Part shown: one piece after another, positions 28,185 to 37,701 of the stretch
Layout of the letters: each line of letters opens with the position of its first letter
Position numbering within the stretch: position 1 is the first letter of the stretch
Assembly (NCBI GenBank): GCA_003023695.1
Contig: PXYW01000002.1
Span: 89,619-153,618 of the forward strand
Reading direction: 5' to 3'
DNA from: Sulfobacillus benefaciens
GTDB taxonomy: Bacteria > Bacillota > Sulfobacillia > Sulfobacillales > Sulfobacillaceae
DNA: 64,000 bases
The notes under the pieces: generated by a model
Database searches by the model: none
Told to the model about the DNA's origin: nothing
Seen by the model: the letters and a program-made list of their open reading frames with translations, nothing else
Program-made: the position numbers and the translations under genes

Positions 28185-29373
28185 TGAAATTTTAGATCAA
28201 ATTCAATTACGGGGTGTCGAAGCCGCGCTAGAATACACAAAACGTTTTGACGGCATAATGCTGACAACGGAGGAGATTGTCTTTGACCCCACGACCGCAA
28301 CTGCCCCCAAGCTGCCTCCGGAGGAAGTATCCGCCCTGTCTTTTGCTCGAGATAACATTTGCCGGTTTCACGAAGCTACCCGTCCTCAGGATGTAACCAT
28401 CACCCCTCAACCGGGGATCACCTTGGGGGAACGTTATGTCCCCTTGGGGAGAGTCGGAATTTATGTGCCTAATGGAGGATATCCCCTAGTATCCAGTTTG
28501 CTGATGCAGGTCATCCCCGCGCAAGTAGCCGGAGTCAAGGATATCGTCGTCGCCATTGCGCCGAAAGACGGTTTAGCGTTAGATTCTCGATGGCTTTTTG
28601 CACTCCAAATGCTGGGGGTACGGCAAGTATTACGCTTAGGGGGCGCCCAAGCCGTTGCCAGTATGGCCTATGGACTCAAAGGATTTCCGCCCGTTGATAT
28701 GATCACTGGTCCCGGCAACCGATTTGTCACGGAAGCCAAACAGGAAGTGTTCCGCCGTGGTTTGTGCGGAATTGATTTAATTGCCGGCCCTTCCGAAGTC
28801 TTAGTCATTATCAGCGACCCTAGTCTGGCAGAAAACGCCGCCTATGACCTCTTAGCCCAGGCAGAGCATGCTGACGATGCCAAAGGGATTATGGTGACGT
28901 GGCGCCCCGAAGTAAAATCAGCGGTCGAGACAATTGTAGCCCAGGAAACGCGTCGATACGAAAAACCCTTGGGACAAATTGAGCTCCATCTGGTGGATTC
29001 CCCTATCCAAGCGGTGTCCTTGGCCAACCGGGTAGCACCTGAACATCTAGGTCTTATGGGAGATGAGGCCGAAGCGTTAGAGAACCAGATTCGCACCGCA
29101 GGTGCGCTCTTTGTTGGCCCTTATTCCGGGCAGGCTCTCGGTGACTACACCGCGGGACCCAGTCATGTGCTTCCTACAGGCGGCAGTGGCCGCTTTCTAT
29201 CGGGTCTGACAACGCGCACTTTTATGCGCCGCATGTCGGTGATCCACACCACTGATGATCTGCCCGAAAACTATTTAGTCCACACGCAAAAATTAGCCCA
29301 TCTGGAAGGTCTCCATTACCACGAAAAATCCATGAGGGTTCGACACTATGCCAGGGAGGACAATCCGTCATGA
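28171..29373 (+). CDS. hisD: histidinol dehydrogenase
   Basis: IAGPSEVLVI, QAEHADDA, APEHL blocks. ATG at 28171 preceded by AAAGGAG; overlaps the hisG end. Confidence 0.93.
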   Translation: MPTVDEILDQIQLRGVEAALEYTKRFDGIMLTTEEIVFDPTTATAPKLPPEEVSALSFARDNICRFHEATRPQDVTITPQPGITLGERYVPLGRVGIYVPNGGYPLVSSLLMQVIPAQVAGVKDIVVAIAPKDGLALDSRWLFALQMLGVRQVLRLGGAQAVASMAYGLKGFPPVDMITGPGNRFVTEAKQEVFRRGLCGIDLIAGPSEVLVIISDPSLAENAAYDLLAQAEHADDAKGIMVTWRPEVKSAVETIVAQETRRYEKPLGQIELHLVDSPIQAVSLANRVAPEHLGLMGDEAEALENQIRTAGALFVGPYSGQALGDYTAGPSHVLPTGGSGRFLSGLTTRTFMRRMSVIHTTDDLPENYLVHTQKLAHLEGLHYHEKSMRVRHYAREDNPS

Positions 29374-29951
29374 GAAGTGCCTCCGTATCTCGAGATACCA
29401 AAGAAACCACGGTGATGGTGGAGGTCGCATTGGACTCGGTACGCCAATCCCCTGTTATTGATACCAATCTACCGTTATTGAACCATTTTCTTACCGCTTT
29501 TACCTGGCACAGCGGTCTCAATTGGTCTATTAAAGCGACGGGCGATGTTGAGGTCGATCCACATCACCTCATTGAAGACGTGGGCATTGCCATAGGACAA
29601 GCGTTAGACCAGGCGCTGGGCTCTCGGGCTGGTATTGCCCGCTATGGCCAGCGATACCTGCCCATGGACGAAGCTTTGGTTTTGTGTGTACTGGATTTTT
29701 CTGGCCGTGGTCAACTCTATTGGCACGGAGCGTTTCCTGACCGCGCCATCAATGGGATTCAAAGCGAGGTCTGGTGGGAGTTTTTCAATGGCTTGGCACG
29801 CCATGGACGCGCCACAATTCACTTGCGATATCTTGATGGCATTAATGCCCACCACGTCTATGAAGCGCTGTTTAAAGCATGCGGACGTGCTATCGGTGAA
29901 GCCGTAAGCCTCGTTGACGACACGGTGCCGTCAACCAAAGGAGTGTTGTAA
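29370..29951 (+). CDS. hisB: imidazoleglycerol-phosphate dehydratase
   Basis: SRDTKETTV..., D.HHLIED.GIA.G, INAHH..EA.FKA blocks. Confidence 0.93.
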   Translation: MRSASVSRDTKETTVMVEVALDSVRQSPVIDTNLPLLNHFLTAFTWHSGLNWSIKATGDVEVDPHHLIEDVGIAIGQALDQALGSRAGIARYGQRYLPMDEALVLCVLDFSGRGQLYWHGAFPDRAINGIQSEVWWEFFNGLARHGRATIHLRYLDGINAHHVYEALFKACGRAIGEAVSLVDDTVPSTKGVL

Positions 29952-29955
29952 CCCC

Positions 29956-30558
29956 ATGTTCAAGGTGGCAGTCATAGACTACGGCAATGGCAATCTAGGC
30001 AGTCTTTTGTCCGCTTTAAAGAGGTTGCCGGTGTCGGCCCAGGTCTGGCAAAACCAAATCGATGCAGGACCAGTCGATGCCATCATCTTTCCTGGCGTTG
30101 GTGCCTTAGGCTCCGTAATTCACCACTTAGACCTTAGTGGATTGCGCCCCATTTTGGAGCAGCACGTAGAACGGTCACATCCGGTGCTTGGCATATGCCT
30201 TGGGATGCAATTATTTTTCGAGGACGGAGACGAAGGCGGATCCGGTCTAGGGTGGATTGCCGGAAGCGTTCCCACACTCAAAGCGCAGGTGTTGCCGCAT
30301 ATTGGCTGGAATACCGTGGCTCATAGCCAAGGCGACGGCAATGGGGCCCAAGATCCGGCATATTACTTCGTGCATACCTATCGTGTGCTTCCCACCAATC
30401 CCGATATCATCGTCGGGGTTACCGAATATGACGGGGAAACATTTCCCAGTATTGTAAGAACGCATTCCCTTTATGGTGTGCAGTTTCATCCTGAGTTATC
30501 CGGAGCCACAGGACACCGGCTGCTGTCCCAATGGCTACAGGAGGTGCGTGAGAAGTGA
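29956..30558 (+). CDS. hisH: imidazole glycerol phosphate synthase, glutaminase subunit
   Basis: VAVIDYGNGNLGS, GICLGMQ (catalytic Cys), VQFHPE. Confidence 0.92.
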   Translation: MFKVAVIDYGNGNLGSLLSALKRLPVSAQVWQNQIDAGPVDAIIFPGVGALGSVIHHLDLSGLRPILEQHVERSHPVLGICLGMQLFFEDGDEGGSGLGWIAGSVPTLKAQVLPHIGWNTVAHSQGDGNGAQDPAYYFVHTYRVLPTNPDIIVGVTEYDGETFPSIVRTHSLYGVQFHPELSGATGHRLLSQWLQEVREK

Positions 30559-31256
30559 TCGAAGTATGGCCTGCTTTGGACTTGTTCTCCGGCCAGGTGG
30601 TGCGGTTGCGTCAGGGACTATATGACCAGATGACTGTCTATCACGAAGATCCAATCGCCATGGTCGCAGAGTTGCCGCAGAAATTGCCCCGCATCCATCT
30701 GGTCGATCTTAAAGGCGCCCAATCAGGTATATTCTCGGAATGGACCGTGTTGCAAGAACTGTGCCGTCAGGGCAGCCAAATCGAAGTAGGGGGCGGATTT
30801 CGCAGCCTAGACACCATAGCTGAGGCATTGGACAGGGGGGCGGACCGCATCATATTAGGCAGTCAAGCCATTTCAGATCCAGAGTTTGCAAAAATGGCAC
30901 TGGATCGGTTTGGTCCTACCCGTTTGGTGTTAAGTGTCGACATTATGCAGGGACGTACCCGAATTCACGGCTGGCAAGATGACGGACCTTTACCCGATAG
31001 CTTGTGGGAAAATCGATATGCCATGGGCTACCGTTTGTTAAATGTCACCGATATTTCTCGCGACGGAACCCTTCATGGTTTAGACCCAGCGTTTTGGCGT
31101 CATTGGGCAAATGTTTTGGGAGATGTTGGCGCGGGCGGTGGGATTCAGTCGCTCGCTGATATTGAACAACTCGCCAGGTTTGGGATACCCCGAGTAGTCA
31201 TTGGCAAGGCTTGGCTTTCGGGAGCCATCAAATTACAGGATGTGTTGCCATGTTAA
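30555..31256 (+). CDS. hisA: ProFAR isomerase
   Basis: VWPALDL..GQVVRL..G, HLVDL.GA, position in the operon. Confidence 0.9.
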   Translation: MIEVWPALDLFSGQVVRLRQGLYDQMTVYHEDPIAMVAELPQKLPRIHLVDLKGAQSGIFSEWTVLQELCRQGSQIEVGGGFRSLDTIAEALDRGADRIILGSQAISDPEFAKMALDRFGPTRLVLSVDIMQGRTRIHGWQDDGPLPDSLWENRYAMGYRLLNVTDISRDGTLHGLDPAFWRHWANVLGDVGAGGGIQSLADIEQLARFGIPRVVIGKAWLSGAIKLQDVLPC

Positions 31257-32008
31257 TGCCGCGTATTATCCCTTGTTTAGATGTTCGCCACGGCCGTGTA
31301 GTCAAGGGTGTTCGCTTTGAGGAACTCATCGACAGCGGAGATCCGGTAGCCTTAGCGCAGCAATATGCTGAACAAGGGGCCGATGAAATTGTGTGGCTGG
31401 ACATTGTCGCGACGGTCGAAGAAGAAGAACTCAGTCTTAACTTAATCGCGGCCGCCCGAGACTCGTTGGCCATTCCTTTAACCGTAGGGGGCGGGGTTCG
31501 TTCATTAGCCCATGTGGAACAACTGCTGGCTCATGGGGCGGACAAGGTGTCCATTAATAGCTACCCATTGTCGCATCCCGAATTCATTCAGCAGATCGCC
31601 TCTCGTTGGGGATCACAGTGTGTCGTCGTTGCCGTCGATGCACGGCGGGAACAGAACCACTACCAAGTGTATAAAAATGGAGGGCGAGTTCGCACGGCTT
31701 GGGAATTGGGAGAATGGCTTCACGTAGCACAAGATCAAGGAGCTGGGGAATTTTTGCTGACCAGCATGGACCGTGACGGAACCCAATCGGGCTACGACTT
31801 GTCTATGCTCGCCTATGCACGCAGCCGAGTATCTAGGCCCATCATTGCGTCAGGCGGCGCTGGATCTGCGGGAGACGTGCTTCGGGTGCTCAAATCGGGC
31901 CAATCTGCCGTATTATTGGCCTCCCTGCTGCATCAGGGTAAAACCACCGTATCTGCCCTTAAAGCCTATCTAGTCGATGAAGGAGTATCCGTCAGATGGC
32001 CCGTGTAA
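31250..32008 (+). CDS. hisF: imidazole glycerol phosphate synthase, cyclase subunit
   Basis: RIIPCLDV..GRVVKGV, PLTVGGG, ASGGAG. ATG at 31250 overlaps the hisA end. Confidence 0.93.
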   Translation: MLMPRIIPCLDVRHGRVVKGVRFEELIDSGDPVALAQQYAEQGADEIVWLDIVATVEEEELSLNLIAAARDSLAIPLTVGGGVRSLAHVEQLLAHGADKVSINSYPLSHPEFIQQIASRWGSQCVVVAVDARREQNHYQVYKNGGRVRTAWELGEWLHVAQDQGAGEFLLTSMDRDGTQSGYDLSMLAYARSRVSRPIIASGGAGSAGDVLRVLKSGQSAVLLASLLHQGKTTVSALKAYLVDEGVSVRWPV

Positions 32009-32622
32009 TAGAAAATGGCAAGGTGTTGTATCCCATTACCGTACAAGACACTGCCACCCTTCAAATTTTGATGTCCGCATTTGCCGATGATCAAGCTCTC
32101 GAACTGACCCGCACCACTGGGTTAGCCCATTTTTACAGTCGTAGCCGCAAGGCCCTATGGCGCAAGGGAGATACCTCTGGCCATCGCATCTACGTCTCGC
32201 AAGTGGTGTCCGATTGCGATCAGGACAGTTTTTTATATCTCGCCCGGCCCGAAGGACCAGTGTGTCACTTGGGCACTACGAGTTGTTTTGCCGAAACCCC
32301 GACTGCCATCAACCCCCTAGCGAAATTACAATCCTACGTAGAGCAATCTGTAATACACCCGCGCCCCGAATCGTATACCATGTCCCTCTTACAAGGAGAC
32401 CTGGAACGATTGGTCAAAAAAATTGGGGAGGAAGCCATTGAAGTCATCACCGCCGCATATGCCCCGCAAGAACAGCAGCAATCTGCGTTGATATGGGAAA
32501 GTGTCGATTTGCTCTATCACTTAACCGTGGTATGGGCACGATTTGGTATTACGTTGGACGCTTTAATGACTGAGATCGTTCGCCGCCACCAACCCAATCC
32601 GTCCTCCGAGTCCGAGCCATAA
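31996..32622 (+). CDS. hisI: bifunctional phosphoribosyl-AMP cyclohydrolase / phosphoribosyl-ATP pyrophosphatase
   Basis: YSRSR..LW.KGDTSGH...DCD.D (HisI part), then L..L..KIGEEA.E (HisE part). Confidence 0.9.
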   Translation: MARVIENGKVLYPITVQDTATLQILMSAFADDQALELTRTTGLAHFYSRSRKALWRKGDTSGHRIYVSQVVSDCDQDSFLYLARPEGPVCHLGTTSCFAETPTAINPLAKLQSYVEQSVIHPRPESYTMSLLQGDLERLVKKIGEEAIEVITAAYAPQEQQQSALIWESVDLLYHLTVVWARFGITLDALMTEIVRRHQPNPSSESEP

Positions 32623-33931
32623 ACCGAGCCACAGCAGGCAAAACACGGTGAGTTGCCATTGGCGGTGCCACCATTCGGGCGCTAGTAGCCATTGCCATCA
32701 AACGAATGCTAATGGGGTTGCCGACCACGGTAACCTCTTCTTGCAACAGCGGCCAAAGTTCTCCCACGGCATCCCCCAACAGCAATGCGGTGTGAAAACT
32801 TCGTTCGGGATCTCCCTGATCAATAGCCTGCCACAAATCTTCGACCGGAACCTGACCGGAAGTAGCACTTACCCCGGTTGGTGATTGGTGTCCACGATAT
32901 CCTGCAGCCAACAAGGCAGCGAGTCCCCAACCCCATGCCGACCATACCAAATGGCGTTCTTCGACCTGCGATCGATGAGCTCGGCTTAGCATCAGCATGT
33001 CCATTACGCCCAAGCCTTGCCGCGAAAGAAAGTCCCAAGCCGATCGATCTGCGCCACTTAGAGCGTCCACCATCAACTGGCCAATCAACCACCGCAAATC
33101 TTGCGTCTTAAGCGACTGGGAAACCCGAGCAAACAGCTGAAGCAGTTTTTGAACCTGGCCATCGCGATAGACTTGATAAAAAGTTTGATCGAGATTGGGA
33201 TGAGGGTTGTTGGGCAAATGTTCTTCCAGTGTCCCTTGAAAATAGCGATAAAAATCCAATGGCCGTGTCATATCGCCCTCCTCCACGGTCCACCCAGCTA
33301 AACCAATTGCTTCGCTCTGATTTGCCGCCAGCGCCTGCCAGCGCGACACCAGGCGCATCAGTGCCCAGCGGTCTTCTCCTGCCCAATACGATGCCAAGTC
33401 GCCGCTAACCCGCCATAGCGAAGGCAATACGGTGCCCACATCTCGCTGCAAAGTTTGTTTGACCAAATGCTCCATTAACCCCGAAAGGCCTTCACGTGCA
33501 ATCACTAGATGAGTTTCCCATTCCGCCAAGTCCGGGCGTCGTAAGTGCCACGCTTGTTCCAACCCTACTCGTTCATCACTTGCTTCGGCCACCTCTAAAA
33601 ATTTAGGGCGCCGCGCCAACAAACGGAGCAGCAAATCTTGCGCAATGCCCCATCCGGTGTCACTCGGATGATGCAGTAAATTTTGCGTTAGTAACCCGAT
33701 ATCGACGATTTGCACTAAATAAGCCTCAGTTTCCGATTCCCGCGGTATAGTCGCAAACCTCCACAGCAAACGCACCAGTTCAGGATAAGGCAGTGCCCTT
33801 CGTTTCCAGTCCTCTAGCCATCCGATAGCTTCTCCCAGCGCCAAGCGATTCATTTCTTCTAACATCTGGGGTCCCAAAGATCTCCATGTTTCATTCCATC
33901 GCATGTATGCCAATCCTCTCCACAATCTCAT
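32549..33931 (-). CDS. hypothetical Trp-rich protein (460 aa), no family recognised
   Basis: Long ORF with about 22 Trp, predicted helical. The probable start is the ATG at 33904, preceded by GGAGAGGA. Its 3' end overlaps the convergent hisIE end by 74 nt. Confidence 0.55.
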   Translation of the reverse strand: MRLWRGLAYMRWNETWRSLGPQMLEEMNRLALGEAIGWLEDWKRRALPYPELVRLLWRFATIPRESETEAYLVQIVDIGLLTQNLLHHPSDTGWGIAQDLLLRLLARRPKFLEVAEASDERVGLEQAWHLRRPDLAEWETHLVIAREGLSGLMEHLVKQTLQRDVGTVLPSLWRVSGDLASYWAGEDRWALMRLVSRWQALAANQSEAIGLAGWTVEEGDMTRPLDFYRYFQGTLEEHLPNNPHPNLDQTFYQVYRDGQVQKLLQLFARVSQSLKTQDLRWLIGQLMVDALSGADRSAWDFLSRQGLGVMDMLMLSRAHRSQVEERHLVWSAWGWGLAALLAAGYRGHQSPTGVSATSGQVPVEDLWQAIDQGDPERSFHTALLLGDAVGELWPLLQEEVTVVGNPISIRLMAMATSARMVAPPMATHRVLPAVARFMARTRRTDWVGGGERSQSLKRPT

Positions 33932-34007
33932 TGCCTATTGTACCGGACGGTCTACCCTAACAAGAAATATTAAGCGGGATCTCAGCGGTGAGTCTAGACA
34001 CTAGCCG

Positions 34008-34460
34008 TTGAACGGGGCACAATATCAAAGAGAAGTTGAGGACTCAGAGGAGGAATGGTTCGTGTCGTTTTTGCGCTCGTGGGGTTATGCCAAGCATCGC
34101 GCCATCACATCATATCAAGAACAACGTCTGAACGAATTAGTAGACCGCTATCACCAGGTGCAAACAAAAAATTTCGTCGATGAACTCGATGTCACGCGCG
34201 TTATTTTAGGAAAGGAAGTTCCGTTTAGCGAATTGACGGTAGCAGAGGCTAATCGCATTGCTGCCCATCTCAATGTGCGGATTGCGCTTCACACATATTT
34301 CAAGGATGTCATGCCTGAACCCCTACCACCTTTTGAGACAGAAACCTTGTGGCTGGAAAATGACCGGCACCTGTTGGATCGGGTGATAGCCCGTGCAGGA
34401 TGGGACACTGGTGAGTACTTTTTGTCTCCACATCCGTTGGATAAGGTTAGCAAACGGTGA
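34008..34460 (+). CDS. hypothetical small cytoplasmic protein, first gene of the two-component operon
   Basis: Its stop overlaps the response-regulator start (GTGATGG). An alternative GTG start at 34062 has GAGGAGG 8 nt upstream. No family recognised. Confidence 0.55.
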   Translation: MNGAQYQREVEDSEEEWFVSFLRSWGYAKHRAITSYQEQRLNELVDRYHQVQTKNFVDELDVTRVILGKEVPFSELTVAEANRIAAHLNVRIALHTYFKDVMPEPLPPFETETLWLENDRHLLDRVIARAGWDTGEYFLSPHPLDKVSKR

Positions 34461-35131
34461 TGGAAACCGCCCGCGTTTTAGTAGTCGACGATGAGCCGGC
34501 CATTCGGGAAATGCTGGAGATGGGTCTCAAACACCGTGGCTTTGACGTTAAAACCTCAGGCGATGCTGCTGAAGCACTAGCGGTGGTATCTCAATTTGCT
34601 CCTCATGCTGCCATTGTCGATGTCATGCTGCCAGGCGAAAATGGTTTTCAACTTAGTCGGCGACTCCGCCAGGATCCCGACCTATATATTCTATTGCTAA
34701 CCGCCCGCGATGCCGTGTCAGATCGGGTTCAAGGACTCGAAGGCGGTGCCGACGACTACTTGGTTAAACCCTTTGATTTCGATGAATTGGTGGCAAGGCT
34801 CAGGGCTGGTCTACGCCGGGTCCGTCGTGAAGACACCGGGGTTTGGCGCTACCAAGATCTCTCGATGGATGATGCCAGCCATCGGGTGCAGCGGGGAGAA
34901 ATTCCAGTTGCCCTAACGGCCAAGGAATATGAGTTGCTGCGCTATCTCATGTTGAATCCGGGTATCGTGCTGTCTAAAACACAGATCTTGCAGCATGTGT
35001 GGGGATATGACTATATTGGGGACGATAATCTGGTAGAAGTGCACATTTCCAGTCTGCGCGACAAAGTGCAGGACCACGACAAAACGATTATCCAGACCGT
35101 GCGGGGCTTTGGATATCGTCTAGGCGTGTAA
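34457..35131 (+). CDS. OmpR-family response regulator
   Basis: Receiver domain (VLVVDDEP, D at IVDVMLPG, LTARD, KPF) plus a winged-helix output domain (LT.KEYELLRYL..., RGFGYRL). Confidence 0.92.
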   Translation: MMETARVLVVDDEPAIREMLEMGLKHRGFDVKTSGDAAEALAVVSQFAPHAAIVDVMLPGENGFQLSRRLRQDPDLYILLLTARDAVSDRVQGLEGGADDYLVKPFDFDELVARLRAGLRRVRREDTGVWRYQDLSMDDASHRVQRGEIPVALTAKEYELLRYLMLNPGIVLSKTQILQHVWGYDYIGDDNLVEVHISSLRDKVQDHDKTIIQTVRGFGYRLGV

Positions 35132-36537
35132 TGCGCACCAAGCACACGCTGACAGATCAATTAATTGGCCGCCAAATATTGTTGCTGGCCGTCCTAGTAC
35201 TGTTGATCGCGTTAAGCCAGTTTGTCATTCTGCGGGCTGTACTGCTTAACACCGCCGCCCATTCACTGCATCAAGAAATTGCCGTGCTTGGCCCAATTAT
35301 TCACCGGCAGCTTATGGTCGATGGCCAATTGCAGTTTCGTGTTTTAGCCACTATTTTAAGTGCCCGTCTTAGCACCTCCGGAGTCAACTTAATTATTGCG
35401 GACAACACTGGGCAAATCGTTTCTACCTCACCTCGGCTCATTGGCCCTACACCTCCACCGGTCGTCTCCGGTCACTACTTCCTGTGGCAAGGATATTTGG
35501 TGGTCAGCAGCCGTCTCGGCGATCCCTATTTCCCTGATGGCAGAATTTGGCTCCTTTCTCCCATGGCGCACATTGATGACATTTTAAGTCGCGACATCTT
35601 TTTGGTGGCAGCGCTAGGTGCTTTAATGCTAGCTGTAGCAGCATGGGTCGGCTCCGTGATTGTACGCCGCAGCTTAGTACCCCTGGAAAAGATACGGGCT
35701 AGTACTATACGCATTGCCCAAGGCGATATTGGTCACACCACCAACTTAGGCAACGCCCCAGCCGAACTCGCAGAATTGGGCGACGCCATTAATACCATGT
35801 CGTTAGCCATTAAAGAGCTCTTTGATCAGGAAAAATTGCTCGCCGAACAAATGCGGCGGTTTGTTGCCGATGCATCGCATGAACTTCGCACCCCACTTAC
35901 GGCCATCAACGGATTTTTATCCATTATTCAACAAGATGATCTAAGCCCTGAAGAACGTCAACGGGGAATGGATACGATTCGTCATGAAGGGCACCGCATG
36001 GCGCGTTTGGTCAATCAATTGCTTACTCTGTCTCGGATAGACACGCTGCCACAGACAGCAGTGGCCCCAGTACCCTTGGACCTTGAGGCGTGGGTGCGCC
36101 ACGTCAAACCCATGCTTGCGCCATTAGTCAAGCCCCACCGTCTCGACTATCAGATTACTCCGGTTACTGTCCAAGCCGACCCTGACCGTCTTACAGAAAT
36201 TGTCCTCAATCTCGTGGAAAATGCCGCGCGGTATTCTCCTCCAGGGGAGCCTATCGAAGTTGTCATCTCCCACAGCAATGATTATGGGATTATAGAAGTG
36301 AAAGATAGGGGTCCAGGTCTTAACCCCCAAGATCTTCCACACATCTTTGACCGCTTTTACCGTAGTGACCAAGCTCGCACCTCATCCTCTGGGGGCACTG
36401 GGCTCGGGTTATCTATTGTGTCTGCTCTTACCCAGGCCCAAGGCGGTACAGTGGAGGCTCATAACCGGCCTTCTCCAGAACACGGCGCTATCTTCCGTGT
36501 TAAGTTGCCGTTAGCTTCAGGCTCCCCCGAATCTTAA
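35131..36537 (+). CDS. sensor histidine kinase (two TM segments, extracytoplasmic loop, HAMP, HisKA, HATPase_c)
   Basis: H-box FVADASHELRTPL, N-box LNLVENAARYS, G-boxes DRGPGL and GGTGLGLSIV. Its start overlaps the regulator stop. Confidence 0.92.
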   Translation: MRTKHTLTDQLIGRQILLLAVLVLLIALSQFVILRAVLLNTAAHSLHQEIAVLGPIIHRQLMVDGQLQFRVLATILSARLSTSGVNLIIADNTGQIVSTSPRLIGPTPPPVVSGHYFLWQGYLVVSSRLGDPYFPDGRIWLLSPMAHIDDILSRDIFLVAALGALMLAVAAWVGSVIVRRSLVPLEKIRASTIRIAQGDIGHTTNLGNAPAELAELGDAINTMSLAIKELFDQEKLLAEQMRRFVADASHELRTPLTAINGFLSIIQQDDLSPEERQRGMDTIRHEGHRMARLVNQLLTLSRIDTLPQTAVAPVPLDLEAWVRHVKPMLAPLVKPHRLDYQITPVTVQADPDRLTEIVLNLVENAARYSPPGEPIEVVISHSNDYGIIEVKDRGPGLNPQDLPHIFDRFYRSDQARTSSSGGTGLGLSIVSALTQAQGGTVEAHNRPSPEHGAIFRVKLPLASGSPES

Positions 36538-36622
36538 AGCAAACTTTAGCCAATTTTGGCATGATTCCCCCCCTTATGTGACACACTACCTGTCAGATTT
36601 GACCCATAAGGAGGAATTGGCT

Positions 36623-37615
36623 ATGAAGATTTCAACGCGCATATTGGTGCCGCTAACTGCAGGATTTTTGGCATGCGGCGCTCTGGCTGCTGGCGCCACA
36701 GCTTTTGCTGCCAACCCAACCCCATCGCCAGCCACTGGAGCCTACCACGCGAAAAAGGACTGGATGGCACCCATGATGATGCACCGGGCCCGATGTCATT
36801 CTGGCCAAATCGCCCAATTGACCCCGACCACTATCACCATTGCTTGGGAAAATCGAAAGAGCGAAACGCTTCCCCTGGCAAATTTGACGGTCCGCGCCGG
36901 CGTCTATCCAGCAACCTCTGGCCTTTTGGCATCCGGAGAACGTGTTTTGCTGTGGGGTAGCCATACAAAATCCCCCCAAGTAATCGTGTTGCCGGTCGCT
37001 CACGGAGTGCTGACACCAAGCGATGGTGGTTGGTCGGTCGTCAACGCCAAGCATAGCTTTGCGCTTAAGGGATCGCCCCAACAAGTGTTCGGGTTGGCCA
37101 ATCTCACTGCAAACACCCACGTGATGGTATTCGGGAAACGAGCCCAGGATACCGTCACTCCTTACGCCATCGCTGCGCGCCCCCAGTGGGACTTGGGGAC
37201 AGTAACCGCCAATCAAAATGGCTGGCTGACCATTGATACCAAAGCCAACCCCAACCTAAAGCTCTCCATCGCAGGGCTCCCTATGGCCGATCGGCTTGCC
37301 CAACTTCCCGTAGGTCATGCAGTGGTAGTCGTTTCCGACCCCTTGTCGCACAAACCTCTAGCGGTGTTTCCACGCCATCACCAAAGAATGGAACCTATGG
37401 GTGGTCAGTTCTCCGCTGGCAGATTGATTTCAGATAACGGCCAAACCGTTGTCGTCAAAAATCCTCTAGCGTCGGACACGATATCTCTGATCGGCGATAC
37501 CGTTACTGTGAAATGGCTCAACCATCCGAATGCCACCTTGTCCCAAGTGCCATTAGGCACGCCGGTGCTCATTCACAAAACAGGCCCCAACACGTTGGTC
37601 ATCCATGTATTTTAG
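36623..37615 (+). CDS. secreted repeat protein with a Met/His-rich N-terminus, hypothetical
   Basis: ATG at 36623 preceded by AAGGAGG. Signal peptide MKISTRILVPLTAGFLACGALAAGATAFA, then HAKKDWMAPMMMHRARCH, then about four similar beta-rich segments. Confidence 0.7.
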   Translation: MKISTRILVPLTAGFLACGALAAGATAFAANPTPSPATGAYHAKKDWMAPMMMHRARCHSGQIAQLTPTTITIAWENRKSETLPLANLTVRAGVYPATSGLLASGERVLLWGSHTKSPQVIVLPVAHGVLTPSDGGWSVVNAKHSFALKGSPQQVFGLANLTANTHVMVFGKRAQDTVTPYAIAARPQWDLGTVTANQNGWLTIDTKANPNLKLSIAGLPMADRLAQLPVGHAVVVVSDPLSHKPLAVFPRHHQRMEPMGGQFSAGRLISDNGQTVVVKNPLASDTISLIGDTVTVKWLNHPNATLSQVPLGTPVLIHKTGPNTLVIHVF

Positions 37616-37658
37616 CCTGGCACCAAGTGCCCGGTAAGTTGCTGGCCGCCTCAACTGA

Positions 37659-37688
37659 AGCCCGTGGCAGGTTACTACGGGCTTTTTT
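37659..37688 (+). terminator. Rho-independent terminator of the two-component operon
   Basis: Stem AGCCCGT/ACGGGCT with an 11-nt loop, followed by TTTTTT. Confidence 0.8.
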
Positions 37689-37701
37689 GAGGCATCGACA
37701 G

